Shown here one piece after another: positions 38,222 to 51,347 of a stretch of DNA of 64,000 nt (positions within the stretch are counted from its first letter, which is position 1; each line of letters starts with the position of its first letter). The stretch is taken from assembly GCF_036321535.1 (NCBI RefSeq), contig NC_087437.1, forward strand, positions 18,850,001 through 18,914,000, in the 5' to 3' direction. A program made the translations under genes and the position numbers. Source of the stretch: Camelus dromedarius. Lineage: Eukaryota. The notes below the pieces were generated by a model, which ran no database searches, was not told where the DNA came from, and was given only the letters and a program-made list of their open reading frames with translations.

Positions 38222-39290
38222 TGTGTTAATTCAGGTGGTCCAAGATGTAGATGCCAAGACGAGGTTAGACTCCACGAGATTTACTGAAAAAAGACTTGAG
38301 AAGGAAACTGTGAGGAAGCTGGAGGAGGTTGGGAGAGCATCAGGCTGTGTGGAGGAGAGGAAGGAAGGGTAGACAGGAAATGCTAGAGAGCAGTGACTTC
38401 TAAGAAAGTTCTGGCTCTGCCGATGAGGAGTCCTTGAGCCAAAGTCACTCGTCAGAGGAGTCCCATGTCTCCTGGGTACAGGCCTACTTTGGGGCCCGTG
38501 TTGTGCTCAGTCATTGATTGTGAGCTGCCTGGGGGAAGTCGTGATGGTCAGACACATTCCCGCAGATGGAGATCTGAGAGGCACATTCTCATGGCTGCTT
38601 CGGTCCACCCTGTCACACCGCACAAATACTCTGTCCCACACAGGTTCAGGGAGCAGCTCCTCCATGGCCCCTGGAGGCCTCTCTTCCTTAGGGAAAACGG
38701 GGAAGGGAGCTTACTGGATAACTGCAGCCCCCAGTGATGCAGCTGATCCCTGGGTTGCAACTGGTACTTAACCGTTCTGTGCTCCACTCTCTCCTTTAAG
38801 TTCCCCTCCCCCTCACTGATCACCTCTGCTGGTGGCAGCGTCCCTGGTGGTGTGACTCCTGGTTGTCATCACCTTCTCAGGCTGGGGTTGCTACACGTGT
38901 CCACTCACAGAGGGTACGAGAGGGCACTGATGTGGATCATGTGGGTTCCGTATGTGTCCCCGCCCCCATCCTGTGTAAGAGCATCTCTACCTCCTTCAGC
39001 CCATCTGGGTCAATTTCCCTTGCCAGTATGGTGACACCTCCTCTCACCAGCAGGACCCCGATGAGGAGCTTTATCTTGTAGTTTAGTGGGACCCTTGTCT
39101 TGTCCCCTGGCATGTGTGCTGCCCCTTTGGGGACGAGAACCTTCAACCTTGCAGAACCCAGAGTTGCAGGCATGGGAAGCACCAAAGTGGGTCATGGGAG
39201 TGATGGTCAGTGGGGCCACTCTTGCTTCCCCACTTGAGTTCCCAGACCCGGGAGGACTACCTGGTCCATGGCTGATCTTCTCTGGCTTAG
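38222..39290 (-). mobile_element. ERV-L class relic: LTR16-like 3' LTR plus internal segment with decayed dUTPase
   Basis: ORF 38937-39185 (LPMPATLGSARLKVLVPKG...PGDKTRVPLNYK...GVTILAREIDPD...MLLH) resembles the ERV-L post-integrase dUTPase region. Confidence 0.75.
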
Positions 39291-40558
39291 GTGACCTGCT
39301 GTCTCTTGGCCATCTGTGCCCCAGTCTCACTTTGCGGCTTTCCTGCCTTGTCTCTTAACTGAGTCTTCCACCTGGATTCATTTTTGACACTCAAGTTGCT
39401 GCTAAGCTCCTGCCACCAGGTCCCTGGCTTCCCACCTCTTGATTCCTCAGGACCGGGGCCAGCCCAGCAGTTGCTCAGGAGGCTCAGACTAGCACCAGCC
39501 TACGACCTTAAGCCTCAGGTTACCAAATGGCTCACAGACCTTTGCCCCATCAAAATGCCCCAGGACAAAACACATAAGAACAGGGCAGACTTTTGGAGGA
39601 AGGACCTGCATTGCTGAGATTATCTGTCTTGTTCTTGTTATGCTAATGCTTTGGTTAGAGTGAGGTATTTGATAGGATACACTGAGAGCCCTGCCCGGGC
39701 TGGTTGTTTTATTAGTCGTTTGTTTTGAATGGGTAATTATTCACAGGGTCCAAAAGGCAGCACAAAACAGAATTCAGTGAACTATTTCCTACCTACTACC
39801 TCTAATTTTTCAGCCACCCTGGTTCCCCTTTCTGGGCAGAACAAATATTTTCAGTTCTTCCTGATACTGTAACACACATATTTATATTTGCTTACCCAGA
39901 TGGTAATATACTATACATATTTTTCTGAACCTTGTGTGTATGGTTTTTAAAAATCTAACAGTGTATCTTAGAAATCATTGTAAATCAGTAGCTAAAGAGA
40001 TTCTCATTCTCCTTTTACTGATACTTTGTTGTGTGTGCGTGTGTCTGTGTGTGTACATACCATAATTTATTTAACCAGTCTACCAGTTGATGAGCATTTA
40101 GTTTTTTCCCTAATCGTTTGAAATTATAAACAATGTGGTGAATAACTGTGTACGTTTCAGGTATGTGAAGTGTTAAGCCTTTTTCATCTTTGCCAATATG
40201 AAAAGATAAAATTAGTATCTCGATGTTGTTTTAATTTGCCTTAATCTTAGCCATATGAAATTGCTGTGTTTTTAAGATAGAAATAATTGTGGCCTATCAG
40301 CAATTTTATGTGATTTTGTTCCTCTCATTGTGAGATTGAAACTATTTTAACCATTTAGAGTCATTTACCTATAACTTTCTTTTCAGAACTTCTGCCATTT
40401 TAAATTTTGGAGGTTGCTTTTTATTGATTTAGAGGATCTCTTTTTATATTAGAGAAATTAAGTTCTTCTTCTGTTATACGAATTTAAAAACATCTTTTCC
40501 CAGTTGGCTATTTGTCTTCTGAATTTGTTTATAGAGGTTTTATAATCAAAAATTAGTT

Positions 40559-40720
40559 GGGGAGTGTACAGGTCAGTGGTGGAGCGCGTGATTAGCATGC
40601 ATGAGGTCCTGGGTTCAATCCTGAGTACCTCCATTAAAAACATATAAATAGATAAAATAAACCTAATTACCTCTCTCCCCCCAAAAAACTAAACAAACAA
40701 ATGCTTAAGAATCAATTTTT
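40559..40720 (+). mobile_element. Vic-1-type SINE within an old L1 remnant
   Basis: Head plus tail; TSD aaaatt(t)agttg. Confidence 0.85.
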
Positions 40721-41599
40721 TAAAAATTTAGTTGAATTTATCCATCTTCTCTTTTATGGATTCTGGATTCAGGTCCTAGTTAGAAGTGCCTTTTTTTTTC
40801 CTTTTCCCTCCAAGATTATATAGGAATTCTGTAATTCTGTTGTGATTTCTTTTCATACTGGAGCAGATATTGTGGGTGAAGTCAGTCATTTCAGAAATTG
40901 CTGTTCTGGGACTGGAAACCTGAGCAGCAAGGGATCTGCTAGCTTCATTTAAAATTTACAGACTTCAGGATATTGAGGGGGGATGTTCTGGGTGTTTAGG
41001 ATTAAGATGACCTTCTGCCTGGAACTGGGCTGGGGGACAAGACTTATAGGAACCAGATAAGAAGCCTCAAAGGGTATGTATAGTGAGACAAAGCCAGGAG
41101 GCTCCTGGGCTCAGCCAGCCATGAAGGGATCAGTATGTCTTACTAGGCCACCTCCTAGCTCTTGTGTTTGTTTCACACCTACTGGAACAAGCTGCTGCAG
41201 CCCAGCCTGGACACCAGCAGGGACAAGTGATGGGAGCTCTGGGTTCTGCACATCCAGCAGTGTTGCAGGCCCACGAGCTCCCCTTCTGAGCTCGGACTTG
41301 GCATCACTCTCTGGGCTGCCCCGTCATGTTCTGTCCTTTCTGCTTGTTGTGAGCCTCAGCACCTGGAGCCTGTCTCATCACCTCCTCCTTCCCTGTGAGG
41401 CCCAGTAAATACTCATCCTGCCCTGTCCTGTCCTGGGCACGGAGGGTGGAGAGAAGAAGGAAGCAGAATCCCATGGGTTCTGCCCCCAGGGGCTCACCAC
41501 TATGAGAGTGCCTCTCTTCCCAGGGTCCCCAGGGCAGCACCCTCCCTCTCCAATTCTTCATGACTCTTATTGTGAGGGCCTAGGCTTTAATTTCCTTTC

Positions 41600-42720
41600 T
41601 TTTCTTATGTTTTTAATTGAGGAATATTATACATTCAATAAAATGCACAAATCTTAAGAGTTTCCTGACTTTTGATAATTCATACACCCCTATAACCCAA
41701 ATCCCAATCAAGATATAGATCTTTCCGTCACTACAGAAAGTTCCCGGTTGACCCTTCCATTTACTTCCCCCACCCCCATTCCATTGGTCAGCTTTCTATC
41801 CCCTTGGCTTTGTCTGTTACAGAACTTCAAAAAAATAGAACTGTTTTTGTATTAGCTTCTTTCACTCAGAATAATAATTTTAAGATTCAAAAAAGAAAAA
41901 ATAAATAAAAAATGAAAAATGTTTTTAAAGAAAAAGAAATCAATTCATGTTGTTGCCTATTTACAGTTAATTCCTTTTTATTGTTGATTGGGAGATATAA
42001 GTTCATAATAGCAAATTCCTGGAGGCAGAATACGGATTGACTAGTTGAATAGTTATACCAGACTCTGTTTATGCACTGATCTGCTGAAGATATTTTAATT
42101 ACTTGTAGTTTGGGACAATTACAAATAAAGTTACTGTGAACATTTATGTACAATATATGAGGATATACAATTTTATTTCTCTTGGGTAATACCTGGGTGT
42201 GGATTTGCTAGGTCTCTGCTTAAATGTATGTTTAACATATATATATGTATTATATATATATATAAACAAACACTGCAAAATTGGTTTTCCAAAGTGGCTG
42301 TGCCATTTTATACAACCATTGGCAGTGTATAAGTTTCAATTGCTCCACATTTTTACAAACGTTTAGTGTTGTCAGTCTTTTCAATTTTAGCCATTATAAT
42401 GGGTATAAAGTGATATCTCATGTTGCGTTTTTAACTTAATGCATCTTGGAGATTTTTCCACATCAGCACATGTAGATCTGCTTCATTAACTTTAATGGCT
42501 GCTCAATCTTTCACAGGATGGATCCATCACAATTTATTTAGCTAATCCTCTGTTGATGGACAATAAGGTTGTTTTGTCTTCGACAATGCTGCCACAAACT
42601 TTCCTGTTTATGAGTCGTTGTGCAAATGTGCAAGTATATCTTTAGGATAAGCTCCTAAAAGTTGAACTGCTGGGTCCAAAGATACGTGCATTTAAAAATT
42701 TTGATTGATATTGACTGACT
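41600..42720 (-). mobile_element. Old L1M-type fragments
   Basis: AAATGCACAAATCTTAAG...TCTCTTGGGTAATACCT...TTTTCCAAAGTGGCTGTGCCATTTTA...TTTTAGCCATT. Confidence 0.7.
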
Positions 42721-44007
42721 CCTTAGGTAACAGGTCAAATTAGCTCTTATCAGAGGATCTGAGACACCCCCAGAGCCAAGTCTTCCCCAGTCCTCCTGGG
42801 ACACACATGCTGCCTTCCACAGAACTCACCGCTTTTTGACATTTGGTCTGATATGCTGATGTGAGTCTCAATCTTTCTAAAATTACATTTTATTTTATAG
42901 AATGGATGCACTATAATCTGCTTAGTCATCTCCCTATTGTTGGATCTTTACTGAGGTTGCTTTAGTCTGGAGCTACACAGATAATCTTGCAAAGAGAATT
43001 TTGGTGAACAGGTCAGCTTACACTTTTGTGGAAAAGGTTGTCTAAACAAATAAAAATAGCTTTAAAATAGCTAACATTTGTTGAGCACTTGCTGAGAGCC
43101 AGACACTGCTCTAAACCCTTTGCGATATGTTTCCCCAAAACTCCTATGAGTTAGGTAATATTATTATTAGTTTAATGTTATGGATGTGAAAGCTCAGGCA
43201 CAGGTGAATAATATTTCCAGGATCCTAGAGCTGATGAGAGAGGCAGCTGGAGTTAAACCCAGTCAATCCAGCTGGAGTCAGTGGTCCTGACCACTGTGCT
43301 GAGATACCTGGCCTGGAGTCCTAGGCTGAGGATTTGGTTCAAAAGGTTCCCATATTTATGAGTGAGATGCTATCAAATTACTTTCCAAGAAGGCTGTGTC
43401 ATTCTCTTGTCCTACCAGAGTGAACATGAAGGCCTCTTTTCCCTCCAAGGAGTGTGTCTTATTGATGTCCATATCCTGGGTTTGGGGATATAGAAATGAA
43501 ATACACCCAGCGTAAGGTCTGGCATAGAGAAGGTAGGTGCCCAAGGACTGCTGACTAAAGAAATGGTTGGGTGGAGGGATGGCTGGATAGAGTGGGGCAG
43601 ACAGGTGTATAGTGAGGGCACCAAGGTCACATTAGAGCAGCCCTTGCCCAGTGTGGCTTCCTGCCTTGAAAATTCATTCATTTAACACAAGTGTGAAGTG
43701 CTCCTTATTTTTCTGTTCTTAACCTCAGAAAGCTGCTTGGCTGCCCTCCGCCTACTGTATGCTTAAGTGTCTTCCTCTCATAAGAGAGGCCTGCCATCAC
43801 CATCCTGTATAAAATAGAATCCCCACCTCACCCTACAACTCCACATCCCTCTTGCTCTGCTTTTTCTCCATAGTATCTATCCCCTTCTGACATCTATTTC
43901 CTCGTTTTTAACCACCTGTATTTTGTTTATTGCCTATCTATGTTCCTTGTTTCTCCTCCCTGACCCACTCACAGAATATAAATCTTACCTGGGGTAGGCT
44001 CTTTGTT

Positions 44008-44127
44008 CTTTTGGGGAGGTGGGGGAAGGAAATTAGGTTTATTATTTATTTTTTTAATTGAGGTGCTGGCGATTGAACCCAGGACCTAGTGCATGCATGC
44101 ACTCTCCAACTGAGCTATACCCTCCCC
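44008..44127 (-). mobile_element. Vic-1-type SINE
   Basis: GATTGAACCCAGGACC...TGAGCTATACCCTCCCC. Confidence 0.85.
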
Positions 44128-44428
44128 TTCTTTGTCTGTTTTGACCTCTCATCCTCAGTGCCAGGAACATTTCCTGGCATTATCAGGCGCTCAATCAATA
44201 TTTGGTGAATATGACACTTATTCTTCCTTGTTCCCGGAGCTGGGGGTGCAGCAGCCAGTGGGACAGAGGACCCGCCCTCAGGGCCTGACCTGAATCCTGC
44301 CCGGGACTAGAAGCCTGGAGAGCCTCTAGGCTCGCGGGCTCATGGTCACTTAGCGCGTGTCTGAGGAAATCTAAAAGGGGCAACCACTGCTCGGAGGGGC
44401 GTGGACCGCGCCCCCAGCGCGCCCCTCT

Positions 44429-44442
44429 GCGCCCTCTGGCGG
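44429..44442 (-). promoter_or_regulatory. CTCF motif
   Basis: Reverse complement is CCGCCAGAGGGCGC. Confidence 0.65.
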
Positions 44443-45022
44443 CCTCCCTGCCGCCCTAGTCGGCCCCGCGCTGTGCTGTCGCGCTGGAAACCTCGGGAGC
44501 TCCCGGGCGCGCTTCCTCCGGACTTTCAGAAACTTCTGCTTTCGACCCGAAAGGGAAGAGGAAGGAGGTCTGGGAAAGGGCGAAGCGCGGGGCGGGGCCG
44601 GCGGGGAAGGAGGAGGAAGGTCCGGGTCCCGGCGTCGTCTTCTACCCCGTCATCCGCGAGACGTGCTTTTTCAAGTGTGAGGTCCCCTCATTTTTGGACA
44701 GCCTTGCTTTTCCCCCGACCCAGCTCCGGTCTCATAGGCCGCCCCTTCTTCCTACCGCCGCCCCCTACTCCTCCCCGGAGGCCACGGGCTGGGAGGTCGG
44801 AAGGCGGAGGCGAAGTGTCCGTTCCTGTGTCTTCTCTGGGATCTGATGTCCCTCGGCCCTGTTCTAGGGATTTGGGGTCAAGGCAGGCGGTGCCTCTGTG
44901 TTTGGCATCGAGCTCCACGTTCCGCGGGCACTAGGCGTGTCCCCTCCGGCACGGTGGGGTGGACGCCTGCCCGACGACCTTTTGGGAGGGAAGAGCAGGC
45001 GGCCACCGGAGCAGAGGTCAGC

Positions 45023-45036
45023 GCGCCACCTGGCGG
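45023..45036 (-). promoter_or_regulatory. CTCF motif
   Basis: Reverse complement is CCGCCAGGTGGCGC. Confidence 0.7.
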
Positions 45037-45692
45037 CCGTAGCCCGCGTCCCGCAGCCCAGGCTGGCCTTAGGGGTCCTGGCGTGGGTGTCTCCTCCCAG
45101 GCCCTGCCCTTAACGCAGGATCTCCGAGTCCATTTCACTTGGTGGTTGGGGCCCTGGGTCATTGGAAATAGGCACTTTAAGGTGGGTTCAGGTTTTAAAT
45201 TGCTGAGGAATGACAAAAACAGGGTAGTTCCTGTTGGTGTTGGCACTCAAGTTTCCTGCCTTCGTGGTTGGTGTGAGGGCGCCAAGTGACCCTCCCTCCT
45301 CTCTACTCTATTCCCCGCCCTCATCTGTATTGTTTGTTTTTTTTTGAATTCTAGTTTTGGCAGGGCATGTATGATTATAAAAGGAATGCATAGTCATTGT
45401 TAAATAATTAAACGGAGAAAATATCTTACGGTTTCTGTTAGAAGTCCTTCCCTTCACTGGAATATGGGTTTGTGCTCCCTGAAAGAGCAGATTAGCTGGT
45501 TTTCTTTCCTAGGTCCTGGCAGGACGTTTAACCCAGGATCAGCATTCCCTTCCTGATGTTGGTAGGACTGGCCCATCCACTTCCAGGGTCGGGAATGACA
45601 CTGGCAACATCTTTAGAACTGCTGGGGTCTGGGGGCAGTCAGGGGAGGCAAAGGCTATCCCCCAAGGTTTCTCACTGTTCTTTTTGCATAAC

Positions 45693-45813
45693 TTTTTTGG
45701 GGAGGTAAGGAATTAGGTTTGTTTGTTTGTTTATTTAGTGGAGGTACTGGGGGTTGAACCCAGCACCTCATGCATGCTAAGCACCTGATCTACCACTGAG
45801 CTATACCCTCCCC
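45693..45813 (-). mobile_element. Vic-1-type SINE
   Basis: TSD ctttttgc..aactt. Confidence 0.88.
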
Positions 45814-47094
45814 TCCTTTTTGCGCAACTTGATTACATTTTTATCCTTGTCAGGTTCTTGCCCACTCATAGACAATTTTATTTCATCATAGCAGGTTTAC
45901 TTTGACGTATCAGTAGAGACTCACACCGCAGGTGAGCTCTTTTCTCACCTGTTGATCTGAGTTGTTCACGGAGCCAGATCAGTGATGGGCCAGTATCCCA
46001 GATCTGGGGTGGTAGAGGCCAAGTTTGTGGTCCAATCTCCAGATTTAGTCAGGGGTGTCCAGTCCCAGAAGTTCAGGTTGCAGTAATAGCAAAATGATGC
46101 TCGTTTTGTACCTTGCATAGTACAAACTTGTATTTATTCGTTCCTCATAAACACGTGAAAATACCCAGTTCATCACTTCTACACATATAATCCTCCAAAA
46201 CTTAGGTGTCCTCTTTCAAAGAGCTGACAGCCTATGTATGTCATATGGTTTATTCAGGAGCCTGAGGGTGGACAGGGTGAGGACAAGTCTGGGTGCAGAA
46301 GCTGTTTCCAGAGATTCCTGCTCATATGAGACCCCAGGTCATTGTCTAGTGTGGCGCTTCCCAGGTTTTGGGAACCCATGAAGTGTCCTGCATGGTTATT
46401 GGGGTAACAGCACAGACCTGTCCGTGTTGCTTTGGCATATCAAGACATTAGCAAAACCAAATACTATAATCAGTTTAGAAAAGAAGGGATCATTTAACAT
46501 CAAGAATTTTGAGAGAACAAAAAACGATTTTTTTCTCATTTCATCAAGGACTGGTGGAATAGAAAAAGGCAGTGTGAGTCCTCTTGGGAATCTGAGAGCC
46601 TGGGCTGATTTCCTTCATAGGACGCTGGCTGCCCTGAGCATCTAAGGTCTCACTGATCAAGAGGGGACATCTATTCAGGATGTAAGTCTCTGGAAACACA
46701 GACTTCACTGTATTGAATCCAGTATCCCAGCTGCTAGGTCTGTGGCCAGTCACCATCTCTGGACTCTGGGACCTTCAGGATAGGGTCTGTCATTGCACTC
46801 CCCACATTGTTTTGTGGATCTGACTGGCTTGCTGACTGAAGACAGGAACTGCGTTAGATCTGGTGGCTGGCCGCCCGGCACAGTGCCCAGCACTCAGCAT
46901 GTGCTCACCAAATGCTTATTGCCTGAATGATGAATGAATTATGCTCCACTTCACTCTTTTGTATTTCCCATTAAATAATTAAGGAAGTATTCACTGTAAG
47001 CTACTTCAGAATGAGAGGGGAAATGGCTAATTTCATGCTGAGAGAGGAAATATATTTGCCAGTTTTTCCCACTGGCTATTTTATAGCCACTTGA

Positions 47095-47189
47095 TTTTTT
47101 TTTTAATGGAAGTACTATGGATTGAACTTGAACCCAGGACCTCAGGCATGCTAAGCACGCAGTCTACCACTGAGTTATACCCCACCCCC
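47095..47189 (-). mobile_element. Vic-1-type SINE, short form lacking the 3' tail block
   Basis: Head followed directly by poly(A); TSD cttgattt. Confidence 0.8.
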
Positions 47190-47449
47190 TTGATTTCCTT
47201 TTAGGTTGTGTATTGCCTGTTGGGCAACTTACACTGTACAAAAGAGAGGAACTCCTGCCTTTCACTGCCCCACTTTCTAGAACAGGAGTTTTCAGCCTCG
47301 TTGTACGTTGGAATCAGTTGGGAGAGGTTAAAATACTGATACTCAGGGCTCCACCTCTGACCAATGAAATCAGAATCTCTGGGCATGGGGTCTGAGCATT
47401 AGTTTGTTTGTTTGTTTGCTTGTTTAGAGTGACTTATTTATTTATTTAG

Positions 47450-47578
47450 GTTTTTTTGGGGGGAGGTAATTAGGTTTATTTATATCTTTATTTTTAGAGG
47501 AGGTACAGGGGATTAAACCCAGGACCTCGTGCACACTAAGCATGCGCTCTGTCACTTGAGCTACACCCTGTCCCCCCC
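47450..47578 (-). mobile_element. Vic-1-type SINE inside a MER5-like fossil (about 47283-47650)
   Basis: Head plus tail; flanks AAATCAGAATCTCTGGG and TCTAATGTGCA. Confidence 0.85.
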
Positions 47579-47889
47579 TGGTTTTTGTTTATTTTTAAAG
47601 TAGTTTTTGCCAGTGAGTCTAATGTGCATCGGTGACTGCAGCCTGCAGCCTAGAAGCATCTTTTGTGCTCTAGCAGCTGAGCGAGAAATAGTGAGGCAGG
47701 GGGAAGCCATGGACAAGGAAGGGAGACTGGGGCTCTAGGCCTGGCCCACAACTTCCTGTTAGCTTAAGCCCTGGGTTTTTCTTCTGTGAGATGGGGTGAT
47801 GACAGCTGCCTCATACGTTTGTTGTAGAGATTATCTGAGTGCCCGGCACAGAGTAAGTGCTTGTGATGGCTGGTTTTCCATGTTACTGT

Positions 47890-48400
47890 CTAGGTGATGG
47901 TACCTAGTTGTTTGGTTAGGACAGATGTTGATACGAAGTTATGTTTTAGATGTGATTAACATCTAAATCAGTAGACTCTGAGTAAAGCAGATACCCTTCC
48001 ATAATGTGATTGGGCCTCCAAACAGTTGAAGGCCTCAGAGAAGAAGACTGACGTCCCCCCCGAAAAGGAAGGAATGCTGTTTTTAGATTGCTTTAAAAAA
48101 ATTTTTTTTTAAATTCTTTTTTGAGCGGAGGTAATCAGGTTTTTATTTATTTGTTTTTAATGGAGGTACTGGGGATTGAATCAGGACCGTGTGCATGCTA
48201 GGCACGCACTCTACCACTGAGCTATACCCTCCCCCTTAGATTGCTTTTGGATTCAAGACTGCAACGTGGACTCCTACTGGAATTTCCAGCCTACTAGCAT
48301 GTCTTGCAGATTTCAAGATTTCAGATTTGCCACCTTGAAATCAATCTCTCTCTCTCTTTCTCTCTCTGTTCTGTTTCTCTGGAAAACCCTGAGGAATTCA
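47890..48400 (+). mobile_element. ERVL MLT2-like LTR interrupted by a SINE
   Basis: GATTAACATCTAAATCAGTAGACTCTGAGTAAAGCAGAT...CAGTTGAAGGCCT...TTCTGTTTCTCTGGAAAACCCTGA. Confidence 0.8.
48101..48235 (-). mobile_element. Vic-1-type SINE
   Basis: TSD ttagattgcttt. Confidence 0.9.
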
Positions 48401-48773
48401 GTGCTCAGTCAATGATGGCTACTTGTTACCATCTAACTCAATACTGGCTAAGGCTGGTTTGGGGCAATAAATAAGGCTGCAGCTTTATGGGTCAGGACGA
48501 GGGGCATTATCTCAAAGAAGTGATAGTGATGTGCTCCCACTGTGAAATTCCAGAGTAAGAAGTCCAAGTGTTTGTACAAAAAACACATGGGACAAAAACC
48601 CTTGTCCCTTTCTTACTCTGAAACCTGGAGATTTTGGGGGGGATGACCGGAAGGGGTGTCCTGAAGCACAGGGCACAGCTCCACACAGACCTGGGGTCGG
48701 GAGGCCCGGCTTTGGCTCCTGGCTGTACCACCGACCTTTTGTGACCTTGGGCAAATCCCCTGCCTCCTCTGCC

Positions 48774-48907
48774 TTTTTTTTTTTTTTTTTTCAATATGCT
48801 ATTATTATTTATTTATTTGTTTCTCATGAAGGTGCTGGGGATTGAACCCAGGACCTTGTGCTAGTGTTAGCTGTGGGCTCTATCACAGAGATACTCCCCT
48901 ACGCCCC
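48774..48907 (-). mobile_element. Vic-1-type SINE (diverged)
   Basis: GGTGCTGGGGATTGAACCCAGGACCTTGTG with poly(T). Confidence 0.75.
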
Positions 48908-49650
48908 TGGCTTTTAGCTTTCTGAAGGGGTTGGGCTGGGTGATGTGTGAGAAGGTTTCCATCCCAGAGCCTCTGAGTCTAGAGTTTCCTCTGATGATTC
49001 TACTTGCAAAACAAGTTTCCTGTCAGTCTGCTTGTTTACTTGCTGGAGTTTGGTTTACAACTCTGCTCAGATACATGGAGACCTTCCCTTGCCTAACAGG
49101 TTGCCCTGGAGAGGGCAGAGACCACACACACAGGACTGAATGCTGTTCCACAAACTCAGGTGTAAAAGAAACAGCACAAACTCTCGTCCTCTTCGACTGA
49201 TCCTAAGTCTGACTAATCCCCCATCCTGTCTGATGTCAGGGGCCTTGGGACATCAGTCTTCAGACATTACTTCCAAGCTGTTTGCTGTCCTAGGCTGCAC
49301 GGTCCTGGTCCTTTTGGGCCTCGCTGCTGTTTTGGTACCATGCCGGTGGAGCTGGGAACCCCTGTGCCCAGGTCATAGGGGTAGCCCTTGGTCATCCCCT
49401 CTGAGCATCTGCCGCCTTCCCAGAGCATCTTCAGGAAAACTTATTGAAACTGAGAGCCATGGAGCCTTTCCTTGTGGGATGCTAAGGGTACCCAGCTCTA
49501 ACCATTGACTTCAGTGGCTTTGTTCTCTATCTGCAGGATGCAAGACCTCAACTTGCTGCAAAACGCCTTTTGTGCTTCCAGAGTTGCCAGGCAACGAACG
49601 TTTCAGGAGCCTCACACACATTCTTCCACCTTCTTCTACTCCAGTCTGCC

Positions 49651-49664
49651 CTGCCCCCTGGTGG
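49651..49664 (-). promoter_or_regulatory. CTCF motif
   Basis: Reverse complement is CCACCAGGGGGCAG. Confidence 0.65.
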
Positions 49665-50749
49665 AATTTGAGGGTGGCGACTGCTCACTGCCATTGCTGC
49701 CCAGGTCTATGTCTGTGAGGCTCTTCTCTTGTCCAGGGGGTGTCATCCAGCCTCTTGAAGCTGCAGTCCTTGAGGACCCAAGGGGCCACACAGTTGTGGT
49801 CTTCCTGCAGCCAGGCAGTGACCTCATCGGAGGTGGAGGATGCCACCTCCCTGGCTCAGGGTTGCACCTGGTGACCTGGGCGTGGATGTAGTGCTGCCTG
49901 ATGTCCTGGGGCTCTTAGGACCCTCCTGATGAGAACTCTTCTGCTTCATCCTGTGGCTCCATAGGAATCCACCGAACATCTCTGATGACCTAACTCCTCA
50001 AAAGGCCCCACATATTAGTCATGAGTCTGCTGTTTGCAGATGATGGAAACTCAAGCTGCTCACAGTTCTGTTTTTTAAGGCAATTTGTTGGTTTATATCG
50101 CTGAAAACTCATGGCAAGTCTTCAGGTGTGTCTGGAACAAGGAGCTCAAACAACGTGGTTGGAACTCAGCCGCTCCTGTCTGTTCTGCTTTCCTTTGTGT
50201 TGGCCTTACTCTAAGGCAGACTTTCTCCACCTGGGTGCCCTCAAAAGTTCCAGGCTTATGTCTTCCTAGAGCTACATGGCTTGGTAGAAAAAGAGCTTCT
50301 CTTTGCCTTCAGTCCCTACAAAAGTTCTGGAATTGGGTTTCCTTGGCTTAAGTCACTTGCCTGCCATTGAAACAATCCCTGTGGAAGATAGGAGTGAAAT
50401 ATACTTCCTCTCCCATGAGAGTGGAGGTGGGAGTGTGTATGGTTCCATCTGAATTACTGGGGTGAGAGTGAGAGGTAGTTCCCCAAAGGAAATCAAGGTA
50501 CTCTTAGAAGAAGAAAGGAGAAAAGATGCCAGATAGGACCAAAACTTCAGGTGTGTGCTACATCCCAGCCCCTCTGCATCCCTGCTTGGAGAACAAGTGA
50601 GGCTCAAGCTGGGATCCTAACTACAGCTAAACATTACTGCAGAGACGTGTGAGGACCCGTCAGGTGAGAGGCACAGAGAGCAAGGGCTGTGAGAGTTCAG
50701 AGGAGAGAGTGAGTGTTCAGACTGGAGCTGTGTGTGTCATCGAGCAGAG

Positions 50750-51033
50750 CAGTGCTTCTCAAATTGTAATATGCATGTGAATCGCCTGGGGTCTGGTTAA
50801 AATGTGGATTCTGATTCAAGGTTTTAGAGTGGTGGTTCTCCACCCGGGGCAATTCTGCCCTCCAGGAGACATTTGGCAGTGTCTGGAGACCTTTATGGTT
50901 GTCACAACTGAGGAAGGAGGCTCCTGGCCTCTGATGGGTGGAGACCAGGGATGCTGGCTAAACGTCCTCCAGCAGACGGGAGAGCCCTTCACGAGTAAGA
51001 ATTACCTGGTCCGAAATGTGAGTGGGGCTGTGG
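50750..51033. mobile_element. MER5-like fragment followed by a MER20-like fossil
   Basis: CAGTGCTTCTCAAA..GAATCGCCTGGG..GATTCTGATTCA, then GGTTCTC..GACATTTGGCAGTGTCTGGAGAC..GGTTGTCACAACTG. Confidence 0.75.
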
Positions 51034-51347
51034 TAGTCTGGACAGCATGGGACCAAGGGAGAGCATTCCAAGCAGAGGAACTGCCCAAGCAAAGGTACTG
51101 AAGGAGGTAGAAGTGTCTGGTTAATGGGGACAAGTGCTAGGCAGCCTGGTGGGCAGGGAGGGTGCAGGCTGATAGAATCTTAAAACCACAGATATCCTGG
51201 GTTGGAAGAAAGTCCCAAGGTCACCTACAACCTTGTTGCTGACACTGTGCTCTGGGTGGGCTGCAACTGCCTCACCTGAGGCTGATGCAGATCCTGTTAG
51301 ATATGCAGAGCTCAGGCTCCACTCCAGCCCTTCTGGATTAAAATATG

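Larger units (their letters stand above)
44270..45130. promoter_or_regulatory. CpG island with GC box and two CTCF motifs
   Basis: Very high GC and CpG content; GGGGCGGGG at 44589-44597. Confidence 0.8.

Noticed and set aside
44401..45289. Long Arg/Pro/Gly-rich ORFs (also at 9384-9875, 55358-55838 and 60794-63960)
   Set aside because: Stop-codon scarcity in GC-rich islands gives overlapping open frames on both strands, with no family resemblance
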